Origin: Macrostomum hystrix
Lineage: Eukaryota > Animalia > Platyhelminthes
Assembly (NCBI GenBank): GCA_950097015.1
Contig: CATNEN010000032.1
Location: 1,302,001 to 1,366,000 of the forward strand
Length of the DNA: 64,000 nucleotides
Direction: 5' to 3'
Both the position numbers and the translations under genes were made by a program. A model generated the notes under the pieces. It made no database searches. It saw only the letters and a list, made by a program, of their open reading frames with translations, and was not told the DNA's origin. Shown piece by piece: positions 23,631 through 36,304 of this stretch. The stretch's first letter is position 1. The number at the start of each line of letters is the position of its first letter.

Positions 23631-24606
23631 TGTATGTACTCTTGATAAGGGTGAAATGTCAACCCATGACGGCTCTAAAGACTATAGCTTTTTCTAATAT
23701 ATATTTGTTTACTTGCTCATGCACTATTTATTCATCAAAGTCCTTTATTGCGTGTATCTATTCAACAGTTTTTGCCTAGTCTAGTGTGAACATAGTAATA
23801 CCAGGATTCTCGTTTCAGACTTCTATGAGTAACTTTACCCATTTTGCTTAACGGCTTTCTATTTCTTTTTTTGTCATTTCGAATTTTTTAAAACCGTTTT
23901 CATGAGTCTTCTGTTATCATTGTGGCAGAAATTTTTCAGCGTTCAAGCCTTCGTGTTTGACTTTGTTGTCAAACTGTTCTTTCGCTGCTTCGATTTTGAC
24001 GGATATCTATTGTTAAATTTCCTCTTTAAATGGTTACTAGGAAAGTATATTGAAAGGTGAAACCTTTTCTGAAACATTTTCCTATTGACGAAACCAAAAT
24101 CATCTGTCGTCTACAGTTGTTTGCGTATTTTAGTTCAGAATGTTGCGTTTGAGAACCGAAAGCGGAACTTATGTCAATGGTGTTATGTTGATCGCATATC
24201 AAGTTTTTTTTCCTTATTTGTATGCTTCCTACTGCGTTTTGTTGCTGTGCGCCTACACCCCGTTTTTACCCTCAGCAAATCATTTTATAGCTTTTCAAGA
24301 ATGCGATTCGGCTCATTTTTATATTAGTCAACAAATTTTTCGACAAACAAACAGTATTTATAATATATGTTGTGCTCTACCTTTGATCGTGTGCTCAGCT
24401 TTTAAGTGCGAGTTTTTTTAGAAGTATCTACCTTCTCTCCTTACTCTGCAGTATTTCTGTTTGGAGGCAATAATCTGTAATGATAGCTGTATTTATTTAG
24501 ACGTATCTATTTTTAACCAACCTGCATCAACATAAATCCCCAAAAAATTATTTGCTGGATATTTTTGTTTCCGTTTTTTAATTTTGGGTGAACGTTCTTG
24601 TGGGAT

Positions 24607-24770
24607 AGAGTGGCAAAGTGGGTGGGTATGCAGAGTACATAGCGAGTATGAATGGCGGAGTGAGGTTGGTGGCGAGAGTGTACATATGGGAGAGAGTGGC
24701 AAAGTGGGTGGGTAAACAGAGAGAACATAGCGAGTATGAATGGCGGAGTGAGGTTGGTGGGGACAGTGTA
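24607..24770. repeat. About 86-bp imperfect tandem duplication upstream of GON4L
   Basis: agagtggcaaagtgggtgggt...acatagcgagtatgaatggcggagtgaggttggtgg occurs twice. Confidence 0.8.
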
Positions 24771-25082
24771 CATTCGGAATAGCGAGGCGGGGTCGTGTAA
24801 AGAGTACGTTCATTTAGGATACCTAAGCAGTGTTTAAGTAGAGTGTAAATAAATGAAATATTAAGGGTGATTATTTTATTTATGTGAGCATGTGAGGTAA
24901 AATGGCTTCGGCAATCGGCATCTGAAAGTCAGCAGTTTTTTTATAAATGAGTGACTAATTTCAGCTAAATACGTGTGGTCGAAAAACCCGTGAGAACTCG
25001 GCTCAATGCCCTAGAAGCGCGTAGTCCGGAATAAAACCGCATCTTTAGCTTCTTAAATAAAGAAGACGGGGAAAAATAATTA

Positions 25083-28000
25083 ATGAAGCGAGCCAGGCCT
25101 GGTGGGGCCAGCGCGCCGGACGATGAAAACTCTGGCGCATCGAGCGGAGCTGAGTCGGATCTCATGTCCGTTGTGTGCGACATGAGTCGCCAAATAGAAG
25201 AGAAAGCTGACAGATTGAATCTTCGCTCGGCTAGCGTTCGTCGCATCATCAAGGAGGTGCTGAGCGACCAGGATGTGGTGTCGATGTTTCGCGAATATCT
25301 GCGCTGCGACGGTTCGGGCCAGACGCCCTACGAGCCCAAGCTAACTAGGAGCTTGGCTAAGCGGCGCTGCCTAGAAACTGTGCCCGAGGAAGCCGAAGCT
25401 GCTGCTGCTGCAAATGAGGATGACAATGAGGACGATGACGAGGACGGCGATTATGTGGCCTCCGAGGACGCAGACGCCGAAGATGAGGAGGAAGACGACG
25501 ATGAAGACACCGACGGAGAAGAAGAAGAGGTTCCCGACCGCGCCGCCGGAGTTGTCAATGACGCGGAGGCTAATGAAGGAGATACAACTGCAGCCACCGC
25601 CGCCACAGCTGCAGCAGCCGCCGCTCAGAACTCTTACGCAACCAGATCCCGCTGCCCTATTCCCGATTTCTCCTGGGAGAAATGCGAGGAGGCCATTCTT
25701 AAGAGCGACTTCTATTTGGGCGACTTCGCCGTGAGTGTTTTCTTGCCTATTTTTTGTCTTCTAGTTATTGGGAAATGTGAACCTTTGCACTTTATTCTTT
25801 CCTGCAAACTGCCATTCACAATGGACACGCAAGAGATCATTGTTTCAAAGCTTTTGCTATATTTGTTGCCCAGATTAGTAAATAACAAAAGGGGATATGG
25901 GATCAGTTATTGAAGATGACCAGAGTGGGATATTGGGATCAGTTATTGAAGATGACCAGAGTGGGATATTGGGTTCAGTTATTGAAGATGACCAGAGTGG
26001 GATATTGGGATCAGTTATTGAAGATGATCAGAGTGGGATATTGGGATCAGTTATTGAAGATGACCAGAGTGGGATATTGGGTTCAGTTATTGAAGATGAC
26101 CAGAGTGGGATATTGGGATCAGTTATTGAAGATGACCAGAGTGGGATATTGGGTTCAGTTATTGAAGATGATCAGAGTGGGATATTGGGATCAGTTATTG
26201 AAGATGATCAGAGTGGGATATTGGGATCAGTTATTGAAGATGATCAGAGTGGGATATTGGGATCAGTTATTGAAGATGATCAGAGTGGGATATTGGGATC
26301 AGTTATTGAAGATGACCAGAGTGGGATATTGGGATCAGTTATTGAAGATGACCAGAGTGGGATATTGGGTTCAGTTATTGAAGATGATCAGAGTGGGATA
26401 TTGGGATCAGTTATTGAAGATGATCAGAGTGGGATATTGGGATCAGTTATTGAAGATGATCAGAGTGGGATATTGGGATCAGTTATTGAAGATGACCAGA
26501 GTGGGATATTGGGATCAGTTATTGAAGATGACCAGAGTGGGATATTGGGTTCAGTTATTGAAGATGACCAGAGTGGGATATTGGGATCAGTTATTGAAGA
26601 TGACCAGAGTGGGATATTGGGTTCAGTTATTGAAGATGACCAGAGTGGGATATTGGGATCAGTTATTGAAGATGACCAGAGTGGGATATTGGGTTCAGTT
26701 ATTGAAGATGACCAGAGTGGGATATTGGGATCAGTTATTGAAGATGACCAGAGTGGGATATTGGGTTCAGTTATTGAAGATGATCAGAGTGGGATATTGG
26801 GATCAGTTATTGAAGATGATCAGAGTGGGATATTGGGATCAGTTATTGAAGATGATGAGAGTGGGATATTGGGATCAGTTATTGAAGATGACCAGAGTGG
26901 GATATTGGGATCAGTTATTGAAGATGACCAGAGTGGGATATTGGGTTCAGTTATTGAAGATGATCAGAGTGGGATATTGGGATCAGTTATTGAAGATGAT
27001 CAGAGTGGGATATTGGGATCAGTTATTGAAGATGATCAGAGTGGGATATTGGGATCAGTTATTGAAGATGACCAGAGTGGGATATTGGGATCAGTTATTG
27101 AAGATGACCAGAGTGGGATATTGGGTTCAGTTATTGAAGATGATCAGAGTGGGATATTGGGATCAGTTATTGAAGATGATCAGAGTGGGATATTGGGATC
27201 AGTTATTGAAGATGACCAGAGTGGGATATTGGGATCAGTTATTGAAGATGACCAGAGTGGGATATTGGGTTCAGTTATTGAAGATGATCAGAGTGGGATA
27301 TTGGGATCAGTTATTGAAGATGATCAGAGTGGGATATTGGGATCAGTTATTGAAAATGATCAGAGTGGGATATTGCGTTGTGTATTTTAACTTAGCGAGA
27401 ATGCTTATATTTGAGAACATGCTACGAACATGTTATATTTGAGAACATTTAAGATCTCTGCACACTCTGACAGGTGGATGATAACGACCGGGACGCTGAG
27501 GTGTCATCCATGCCTTCATGCTCCGGCGCGCAGCAGCTATCGACTCCACTGCAGCCGCGGTCGCCTGAATCAGTCGCTGCCTGTGCCGCAGCAACTGCCA
27601 TCGTTGAAGATGAGAACGCCGCCACTCAGGACGAAGACAATGACGAAGCTGAATTCCGCAACTTCCTGCGTGACATCTACCTGGACCGGATTGAGCAGTC
27701 AGATCCGCCAAATGAAGCTGAGGAGGATGCCGACTTCAACGTCATGGCCGAGCCAGAGGAGGTCTACCAGGAGGACTTCTTTGACGATCTGCGCTACAAT
27801 CGAGCTGCCAGGATACCCAAGAGGGAGCTGCGAGATTTGCTTGACGAGATCTGCAGCGATCTGGTGAGTGAACTTTGTGAGGGACCATGTACTACTCAAC
27901 TACTCCAGGTACAAAAGGTACAAAATTGCTTTAGATACTTCAGGATTGCTTCTTCAGATACTTCAGGATTGCTTCTTCAGATACTTCAGGATTGCTTCTC

Positions 28001-31000
28001 CAGATACTTCAGGATTGCTTCTTCAGATACTTCAGGATTGCTTCTTCAGATACTTCAGGATTGCTTCTCCAGATACTTCAGGATTGCTTCTTCAGATACT
28101 TCAGGATTGCTTCTTCAGATACTTCAGGATTGCTTCTTCAGATACTTCAGGATTGCTTTTTCAGATCCTTCAAGATTGCTTCTTCAGATCCTTCAAGATT
28201 GCTTCTTCAGTTCCTTCAGGATTGCTTCTTCAGATACTTCAGGATTGCTTCTTCAGATACTTCAGGATTGCTTCTTCAGTTCCTTCAGGATTGCTTCTTC
28301 AGATACTTCAGGATTGCTTTTTCAGATCCATCAGGATTGCTTCTTCAGTTCTTTCAAGATTGCTTCTTCAGTTCCTTCAGGATTGCTTCTTCAGATACTT
28401 CAGGATTGCTTCTTCAGATACTTCAGGATTGCTTCTTCAGTTCCTTCAGGATTGCTTCTCCAGATACTTCAGGATTGCTTCTTCAGATACTTCAGGATTG
28501 CTTCTTCAGTTCCTTCAGGATTGCTTCTTCAGATACTTCAGGGTTGCTTCTTCAGATACTTCAGGGTTGCTTCTTCAGATACTTCAGGGTTGCTTCTTCA
28601 GATATTTCAGGATTGCTTCTTCAGATACTTCAGGATTGCTTCTTCAGATACTTCAGGATTGCTTCTTCAGATACTTCAGGATTGCTTCTTCAGATACTTC
28701 AGGATTGCTTCTTCAGATACTTCAGGGTTGCTTCTTCAGATATTTCAAGATTGCTTCTTCAGATACTTCAGGATTGCTTCTCCAGATACTTCAGGATTGC
28801 TTCTTCAGATACTTCAGGGTTGCTTCTTCAGATATTTCAAGATTGCTTCTTCAGATACTTCAGGATTGCTTCTCCAGATACTTCAGGGTTGCTTCTTCAG
28901 ATACTTCAGGATTGCTTCTTCAGATACTTCAGGATTGCTTCTTCAGATACTTCAGGATTGCTTCTTCAGATACTTCAGGATTGCATCTCCAGATACTTCA
29001 GGATTGCATCTCCAGATACTTCAGGATTGCTTCTTCAGATACTTCAGGATTGCTTCTTCAGATACTTCAGGATTGCATCTCCAGATACTTCAGGATTGCT
29101 TCTTCAGATACTTCAGGATTGCTTCTTCAGATACCTCAGGATTGCTTCTTCAGATACTTCAAGATTGCTTCTTCAGTTCCTTTAGGATTGCTTCTTCAAA
29201 TTCTTCAGAATCCCTGAAGAAACTCGCAGGATTGTTTCTGAAAAAGTAATTTTTTAATTGCAACACAAGCCTTACCTTTTTCCACCTCCGTCCGGCTCTA
29301 AGTATGAGGAGCAGGCTGCTGGACATCCTCTTCATCAACTGCCCGAGTTAACATCGGCTCCTCCATCACCGGAGCAGCGGCGGCAGCTGCAGGAGCGGGA
29401 AGTGGAGGATGCGGCTGATGATAGCCAGGACCAGTCCGTTGAGTTGTTGGCATTGGGCGAATTCACAGCCGAGCAAAAACTGGAGTTAAGCAAGCAATTA
29501 ACAATGTACGTGCAGCTTTTGTGCACATTGCGCATCACCTGCCATCAGCAGGCGGGTAGCCTGGCCACCGCGGCCCAGTTGCACCTGACCGAATTAAAAT
29601 CATTGGCTGACGCGCACGAAGCTCGCGCCGGGACTCAATCGATATTTCACGTTGCCAACCTGAACGCAGCCGTTGATCTAGCCACTAACTTTAACGGACT
29701 TAGCGATAACGGACTGATAGTGCGGTTGAATGAGCCCCAGTCTAATTTGGCGAAATCGGCCCCAGACGGTGCATCGGTATCGAATCAGGAATCCGCCGAG
29801 TCTACTAGCATAATGCCGCCCGAACTGTGCGGCCTCATGTTGTCCTCTCCGGTGTTCCCCTACGCCCAGCTGTTCCCGCCTGGCATGGCGGCCATTGTGA
29901 AGAGCTGCAAACGGTTCGGCTTCACGCCTAGCGAGGACCGCCTGCTACTGCTGGGAATGGCCCAGTTTGGACACCGGCACGATGTCTTCTACCTGATTAG
30001 CAAGTACACTATGCCCTGGCGCTCAAGGGCTTCTATTAGTGCCAGGTGCAACTATTTAAGCAAGATCAGATCCCTTCTGTTTAAGGACTCGCTCTGCCCG
30101 ACTAGAATTATGGTCAGGTGAGTGTCTGTAAATATGCAGAACTGCATGCAGACATCCTCAAATACAGAACTGCAAGCAGACATCCTCAAATACAGAACTG
30201 TCAAAGCAGACAATCTCAAATACAGCACTGTCAAAACAGACAATCTCAAATACAGCACTGTCAAAGCAGACAATCTCAAATACAGCACTGTCAAAACAGA
30301 CAATCTCATATACAGCACTGTCAAAAAAGACAATCTCAAATACAGCACTGTCAAAACAGACAATCTCAAATACAGCACTGTCAAAACAGACAATCTCATA
30401 TACAGCACTGTCAAAACAGACAATCTCATATACAGCACTGTCAAAACAGACAATCTCATATACAGCACTGTCAAAACAGACAATCTCATATACAGCACTG
30501 TCAAAACAGACAATCTCATATACAGCACTGTCAAAGCAGAAAATCGCAGATACAGGACTTTAAGCAGACGTGGGTTATTTTGTTGGCAGACATTTCAATA
30601 AATGCAGAAATCCCACAGGTCAGTGATCCTCAACTGTCTGCGTCGTCGCCGGCAGTTCAAATGCGCATCCCAAACCGCCCGATCTTCATCGTCAGCCTCC
30701 GCCGCCTCCTCGTCTAGCAATGAGCCTGGGCTGCCTCAGCCCCAGTCCGATGCTGATGTGGACTTCTCCCGCTTCAACTGGATCAGCTCGGTGCCCCTGC
30801 TCGAAGGCTGTGTCCTAGACCGGCCATCCGACTGGCGCCACCTGTCGCAGCTGTTCCGTCTGCACCTGCTACTTGAACGGCCGCATCTTCGCGGCCAGCT
30901 GTTGAAGCCGACGGAGCCGACGCCGCTAGAGCGCGACACGGCACTAGATCGGGCCACGGTGCTGTTCAACAGGTCGCGAACTCTGTTCAAAGATTTGCGT

Positions 31001-34000
31001 CGCGAGCGCCTGCTGGCAGTTAAAGTTCTTTGGCGAAATCCGCAACTAGCGCCGCCGGTGGCAGCTGCCGCAGCGCGGCCTCGCCTGCTGCTGCGACCGC
31101 GCCGGCGCGGCTACAAAAAGTCATTGACAGTCCGGGAGACTCTTCAGGCTAGGGGTCGCCAACCGCACGATCGATCGCCTACCAGGCTGCCGCAGATTCC
31201 GCTGCGTCAACTTTCCCCAGTTCCGCGGCCGCCCCAGCAGCAACTGCCGTTAGACTCTGCCTCGGCGGAATGCGCCAAGCAGGTGAAGAGGACAGTCAAG
31301 GAATACTTGTTCAGCCGATTGCAGTCAGCGTCTCCTCCGCTTCCGCTGCTGCCGCCGCCCCCGCCTCCGCCGCCTCCCGCCGACTCGCCGCAGTCTTCAG
31401 TTTCCATGTTGCTGTGCAACGCCAAGTACAGGCAAATCCTGCCCAAGCCGAGCACTGCCGGCGCTGCTGACACTTGCCGCATCGCTTCGGATCTCATCCT
31501 CACCGAGTTGCGCTCCCAGCGCCGAAATAGACTTTTAGAGGCCTCCGCTGCCGCCACCGCTGCCACCACCGCCGCTGCCCATACCAACCAGATTCATCTC
31601 GTCAGCGCTGCAAACCCCATAGCAGCCTCGCCGCCAACAATATCCTTCATGACCGTCTGTGTGTGGCCGACAACTCAACCAACAACGCCAGACAATAACG
31701 ACGCTATCGCTGACGTTGTTCAGTATGAGCCGCCGTTACCTAAAGGCGAAATAGCCGACGCTGTCTTTGCTGACAATGTCGACTGTGAGCCGCCAGATGT
31801 TGACCAAACGCCGTCTGCAACAGCAGCCGCCCCGTCCGAAGATGCTCTCGCCCTGTCGCCGGAGACCATACCAACTCTGAGTTGTCTGCCCTATTTGTCC
31901 GATTTCCTGCAGTCGAATACGTTTAAAGAGCTGCGTCGAGGCCGGTAAGTTGCGGCTTTTTTATGGATATTTTGATTTCGTTTGCGAGTTGTTTAACTGC
32001 AGGGACAAGCACACACACTCGGCAGTTCGGATTTGAAATCTGGCGCCTGAGATCCCTCGGATGTCATAATCCTTGGGATAAAAATCCTTAGGATATCATA
32101 ATCCATGGGATAAAAATCCTTAGGATATCATAATCCATGGGATAAAAATCCTTAGGATATCATAATCCACGGGATAAAAATCCTTAGGATATCATAATCC
32201 ATGGGATAAAAATCCTTAGGATGTCATAATCCTTGGGATAAAAATCCTTAGGATGTCATAATCCATGGGATAAAAATCCTTAGGATGTCATAATCCATGG
32301 GATAAAAATCCTTAGAATGTCATAATCCTTGGGATAAAAATCCTTAGGATGTCATAATCCATGGGATAAAAATCCTTAGGATGTCATAATCCACGGGCTA
32401 AAAATCCTTAGGATATCATAATCCACTGGATAAAAATCTTTAGTATGTCATAATCCACGGGATAAAAGTCCATTAGGATATAATAATTCACGGGATAAAA
32501 ATCCTTGGGATATTATTAGTCTTCAAGCGTCAAGATTCGTGGGATCATAACCTGTCTCTGGTCTCCCTATTACCGCCAGCTGGAAGCCCGGCCGCAGCGG
32601 TCGACTGGACCAAGAGAACCTGGACCAGCTTGTGACGGACGATCCGTGCGAAGCCGACCGGGTCGACGGCGGCGTCGATGACGACCGCGACATCGAATTC
32701 GCCTCCGCCTTCCTGCGCTGCCTGCGCACTGAGCTAGGATGTAGGCCAGCAGCCTACTGGGAAGTCCTGCAGGCCATTTCCCAGCTGGCTGAGAAGCCCG
32801 GGCTGGACCAGGTGCGTTAAGGGTAACTCAGGATATTTCTGGAATTCCGGATGAGTTTCAAAGTTGAAAATACCTGGGGGGTATCCCACACACTCCAGCA
32901 ACCTACTAAATGGAATCCCAAAATAGTTCTCCGCAACTACGGAATCCCATATATTCCAGCACCCTCCTACCCAGGGAAATCCCACATATTGCAACGCCTA
33001 CCCAGGGGAATCCCACATATTCCAACGCCTACCCAGGGGAATCCCACATATTGCAACGCCTACCCAGGGGAATCCCACATATTCCAACGCCTACCCTGGG
33101 GAATCCCACATTTCAGCACCCTCTACCCAGGGAAATCCCACATACTCCAACGCCTACCCAGGGGAAATCACTTATTCCTACACCTGGGCCAGCGGAATGC
33201 CATACATTATAGCACTCTCCTAGGCAGGGGAATCCCAATCCCATATATTCCTACACCCTTCTAGCCAGGAAATCCCTCATATTCCAGCACCCTCCTAGCC
33301 AGGGGAATCCCAATCCCATTTATTCCAGCAAACTCCTAGCTAGTTAAATCCCTACTATTCCTGTCCCCTCCTAGACAGGGAATCCCTAACATTCCAAAAC
33401 TTACTCTGGGGAATCCCAAACATTCCACAACTTACTCTGGGGAATCCCAAACATTCCAAAACTTACTCTGGGGAATCCCAAACATTCCAAAACTTACTCT
33501 GGGGAATCCCAAACATTCCAAAACTTACTCTAGGTAATCCCTAACATTCCAAAACTTACTCTGGGGAATCCCTAACATTCCAACACCCACCCTGGAGAAT
33601 CCCTCATCTTCCAGCACACACCTAGCCAGGGAATCCCATATATTTCAGCTACCTAGGGAGGTGTTGTGAGCATTTCCGGAATAACCTTTGATAGTTTGTA
33701 TCAGTCGGTGATTTCCCAGAAACTGGAACCTTCTGTTCTACGATCTTCCTAGAATTTCTCTTGAAATTCTCCCCAGGCACCCTCAATCTAAAACTGTAAA
33801 TCGGGCGATTCTCAACTGCTTGCACTGTACTCCCATCCCGTCAGGTGGGATTCTACCAGTTGGCCCTGTCGGCCATCCCAGCCCAGGCGGCCTGCTCTCG
33901 CAGCATGCTGGCCGGCTTCGTCTCGGTTGAAGCGGCTCTTCGAGTGGACGCCCTGACCGATCATTTGAGCGTCTGGCGAAATCGTTGCCTGGTGCGTAAG

Positions 34001-36237
34001 ATTCACCGCCAGCTTCGGGAGCAGAAGTGCAAATCGCCCATTGTGCTGCACCGCTTCGAGAAGTCGCTGACCCGCTGGATGTCCTCGGCGGTTTCGGCTA
34101 GCGACAATGACCGTCTGGCTAAACTCATTGACGATTTGGACACCACGTTTAAATATTTCCCCTACTGCCTGTCCGAGGCCCTGTCGCAGTTCCCTGAGGT
34201 GCCGTGCTACGCCGAGTCTAGGGACGCTTTTGAATATCTCGACCTGACGTCGCCGCATAAGCCGGATGATGTGGTTAGACATCCGCCTGACAGCGTCTTT
34301 GAGACCCTGCCAGAGAGTCTGGGCCTGCACGAGGACCGGACTCTCAGCTGCTCCTGCGCCTGTCACCTGACTGCATCGTCGGAGTTGACCGCCTCGGGCG
34401 GCGTCGAGGCTCCGAGGACCAAGGAAGCCGCCGCCGGTGCCACCGCTGCCAATGGCGAGCGTCGGGTGCTGCGCCACTGCGACAACTGCGCCCTGGTGTC
34501 GCGACATCACATGCTCCTAGTTGAGAAACTCGAATCTCGCCGGCGTCGTCACTATGACTACGCGTGTGTGCAGTTCCCGCCCGACTTTCGGCCGCGCTCC
34601 GACCTGCCACCGGCGCCGCAGGTGAGGCTTGGCTTGTGACCCCATGACCTCCTGTGACCTCCATCTATGAGCTCCTACAATTGTGACCCTATGACCTCAG
34701 ACTGTGACCTTATGACCTCCTCAGATTGTGACCTTATGACCTCCTCAGACTGTGACCTTATGACCTCCTCAGATTGTGACCTTATGACCTCCTCAGACTG
34801 TGACCTTATGACCTCCTCAGACTGTGACCTTATGACCTCCTCAGACTGTGACCTTATGACCTCCTCAGACTGTGACCTTATGACCTCCTCAGACTGTGAC
34901 CTTATGACCTCCTCAGATTGTGACCTTATGACCTCCTCAGATTGTGACCTTATGACACCTCCTCAGACTGTGACCTTATGACCTCCTCAGATTGTGACCT
35001 TATGACCTCCTGTGACCTTATGACCTCCTCAGACTGTGACCTTATGACCTCCTCAGATTGTGACCTTATGACACCTCCTCAGACTGTGACCTTATGACCT
35101 CCTCAGATTGTGACCTTATGACCTCCTGTGACCTTATGACCTCCTCAGATTGTGACCTTATGACCTCCTCAGACTGTGACCTTATGACCTCCTCAGATTG
35201 TGACCTTATGACCTCCTCAGATTGTGACCTTATGACCTCCTCAAACTGTGACCTTATGACCTCCTCAGATTGTGACCTTATGACACCTCCTCAGACTGTG
35301 ACCTTATGACCTCCTCAGATTGTGACCTTATGACCTCCTGTGACCTTATGACCTCCTCAGACTGTGACCTTATGACCTCCTCAGATTGTGACCTTATGAC
35401 CTCCTCAGATTGTGACCTTATGACCTCCTCAGATTGTGACCTTATGACCTCCTCAAACTGTGACCTTATGACCTCCTCAGATTGTGACCTTATGACCTCC
35501 TCAGACTGTGACCTTATGACCTCCTCAGATTAAGACCCGCTGGCAATCAATATTGTGCAAAAATTTACTGAAAATTCTTCTGAAATCAACAGGTCGATGC
35601 GGAAGTGGTCGTTCCAATCTACCCTTCAAACTCATCGCAACTTCGTCAAAACCGACGCAGCCAAGGCCAGCAACAGCAACAGCAGCAGCAGCAGCAAAAC
35701 CAACAGCAGTTGCAGCAGCAGCAGCAGCAGCAGCAGCCGCCGCTGCAGCAGCATCGGGCAGCAGAGTCTGCCGCCCTTCTAGAAGAAACCTTCGCCGTTA
35801 CAATTCGAGAAGCGGCCCTCTATGCGGAAGACGACAAAAGCGAAGCTAGATCGGCTATTGTTCAAGCGGAGTCTGCCGCTGCTGCCGCCGCCAAAGCCAG
35901 ACGAAGGTCGTCCTCATCTGCGCCTCTGACGCCGCACGATTTCGAGCTAATGGAACGGCGCCGGCCTCTGTTCGAATCTTTAAAATCCGGTCGACGGCGA
36001 CTGGCCGGGCGGGACTGGACCGAGGCCGAGGATCGCATCATCCTGCAGCACTGCCAGGCCAACGGATTCTCCGCCGGCGTGTTTCGCCACCTCAGCGCCA
36101 ACCTGCTGGAGCATCGCAACCCGGAGTGCGTCCGGCAGAGGTTCCGCCACCTCATGCAGTCCTATTTGGCGGCTCGGGGAGCCGACTATTCGGCTGCCGA
36201 CATCGATGATCTGTGCAGCGACTGCGAGGATGCCTGA
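25083..36237 (+). CDS. GON4L: GON-4-like / YY1AP1 family protein, about 1610 aa, 7 exons
   Basis: Exons 25083-25730, 27474-27863, 29303-30117, 30619-31944, 32580-32811, 33845-34621, 35593-36237; phases 0,0,2,2,0,0 close to 4833 nt. Family motifs: NLRSASVRRIIKEVL..YEPKLTRS, DADFN...DLRYNRAARIPKREL..LL.E, FTPSEDRLLLLG..F...LISKY, PAH-like (FASAFLRCLR.EL), C-terminal SANT/Myb (WTEAEDRIIL..CQ..G...RFRHLM). The exon-3 acceptor could alternatively be at 29315. Confidence 0.9.
25897..27375. repeat. 36-bp minisatellite (ggatcagttattgaagatgaccagagtgggatattg), about 41 copies, GON4L intron 1
   Basis: Direct reading. Confidence 0.97.
27926..29210. repeat. 23-bp minisatellite (ttcaggattgcttcttcagatac), about 56 copies, GON4L intron 2
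   Basis: Period 23 (the 69-nt/23-aa period seen in all three + frames). Confidence 0.97.
30150..30545. repeat. 30-bp minisatellite (ctgtcaaaacagacaatctcaaatacagca), about 13 copies, GON4L intron 3
   Basis: Direct reading. Confidence 0.95.
32059..32515. repeat. 32-bp minisatellite (cataatccatgggataaaaatccttaggatat), about 14 copies, GON4L intron 4
   Basis: Direct reading. Confidence 0.95.
32940..33640. repeat. Two related 31-bp minisatellites sharing a GGGGAATCCC core, GON4L intron 5
   Basis: cccaggggaatcccacatattccaacgccta units (~32970-33170) and ggggaatcccaaacattccaaaacttactct units (~33380-33590). Confidence 0.9.
34634..35530. repeat. 24-bp minisatellite (tgtgaccttatgacctcctcagac), about 37 units, GON4L intron 6
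   Basis: Direct reading; a few 16- and 26-bp variant units. Confidence 0.96.
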
Positions 36238-36304
36238 TTGGAATCCTTCAGGAGTCACATCTTCAGGATGCTGGAAACATAATGTTCTTCATGATCTATG
36301 CCCG

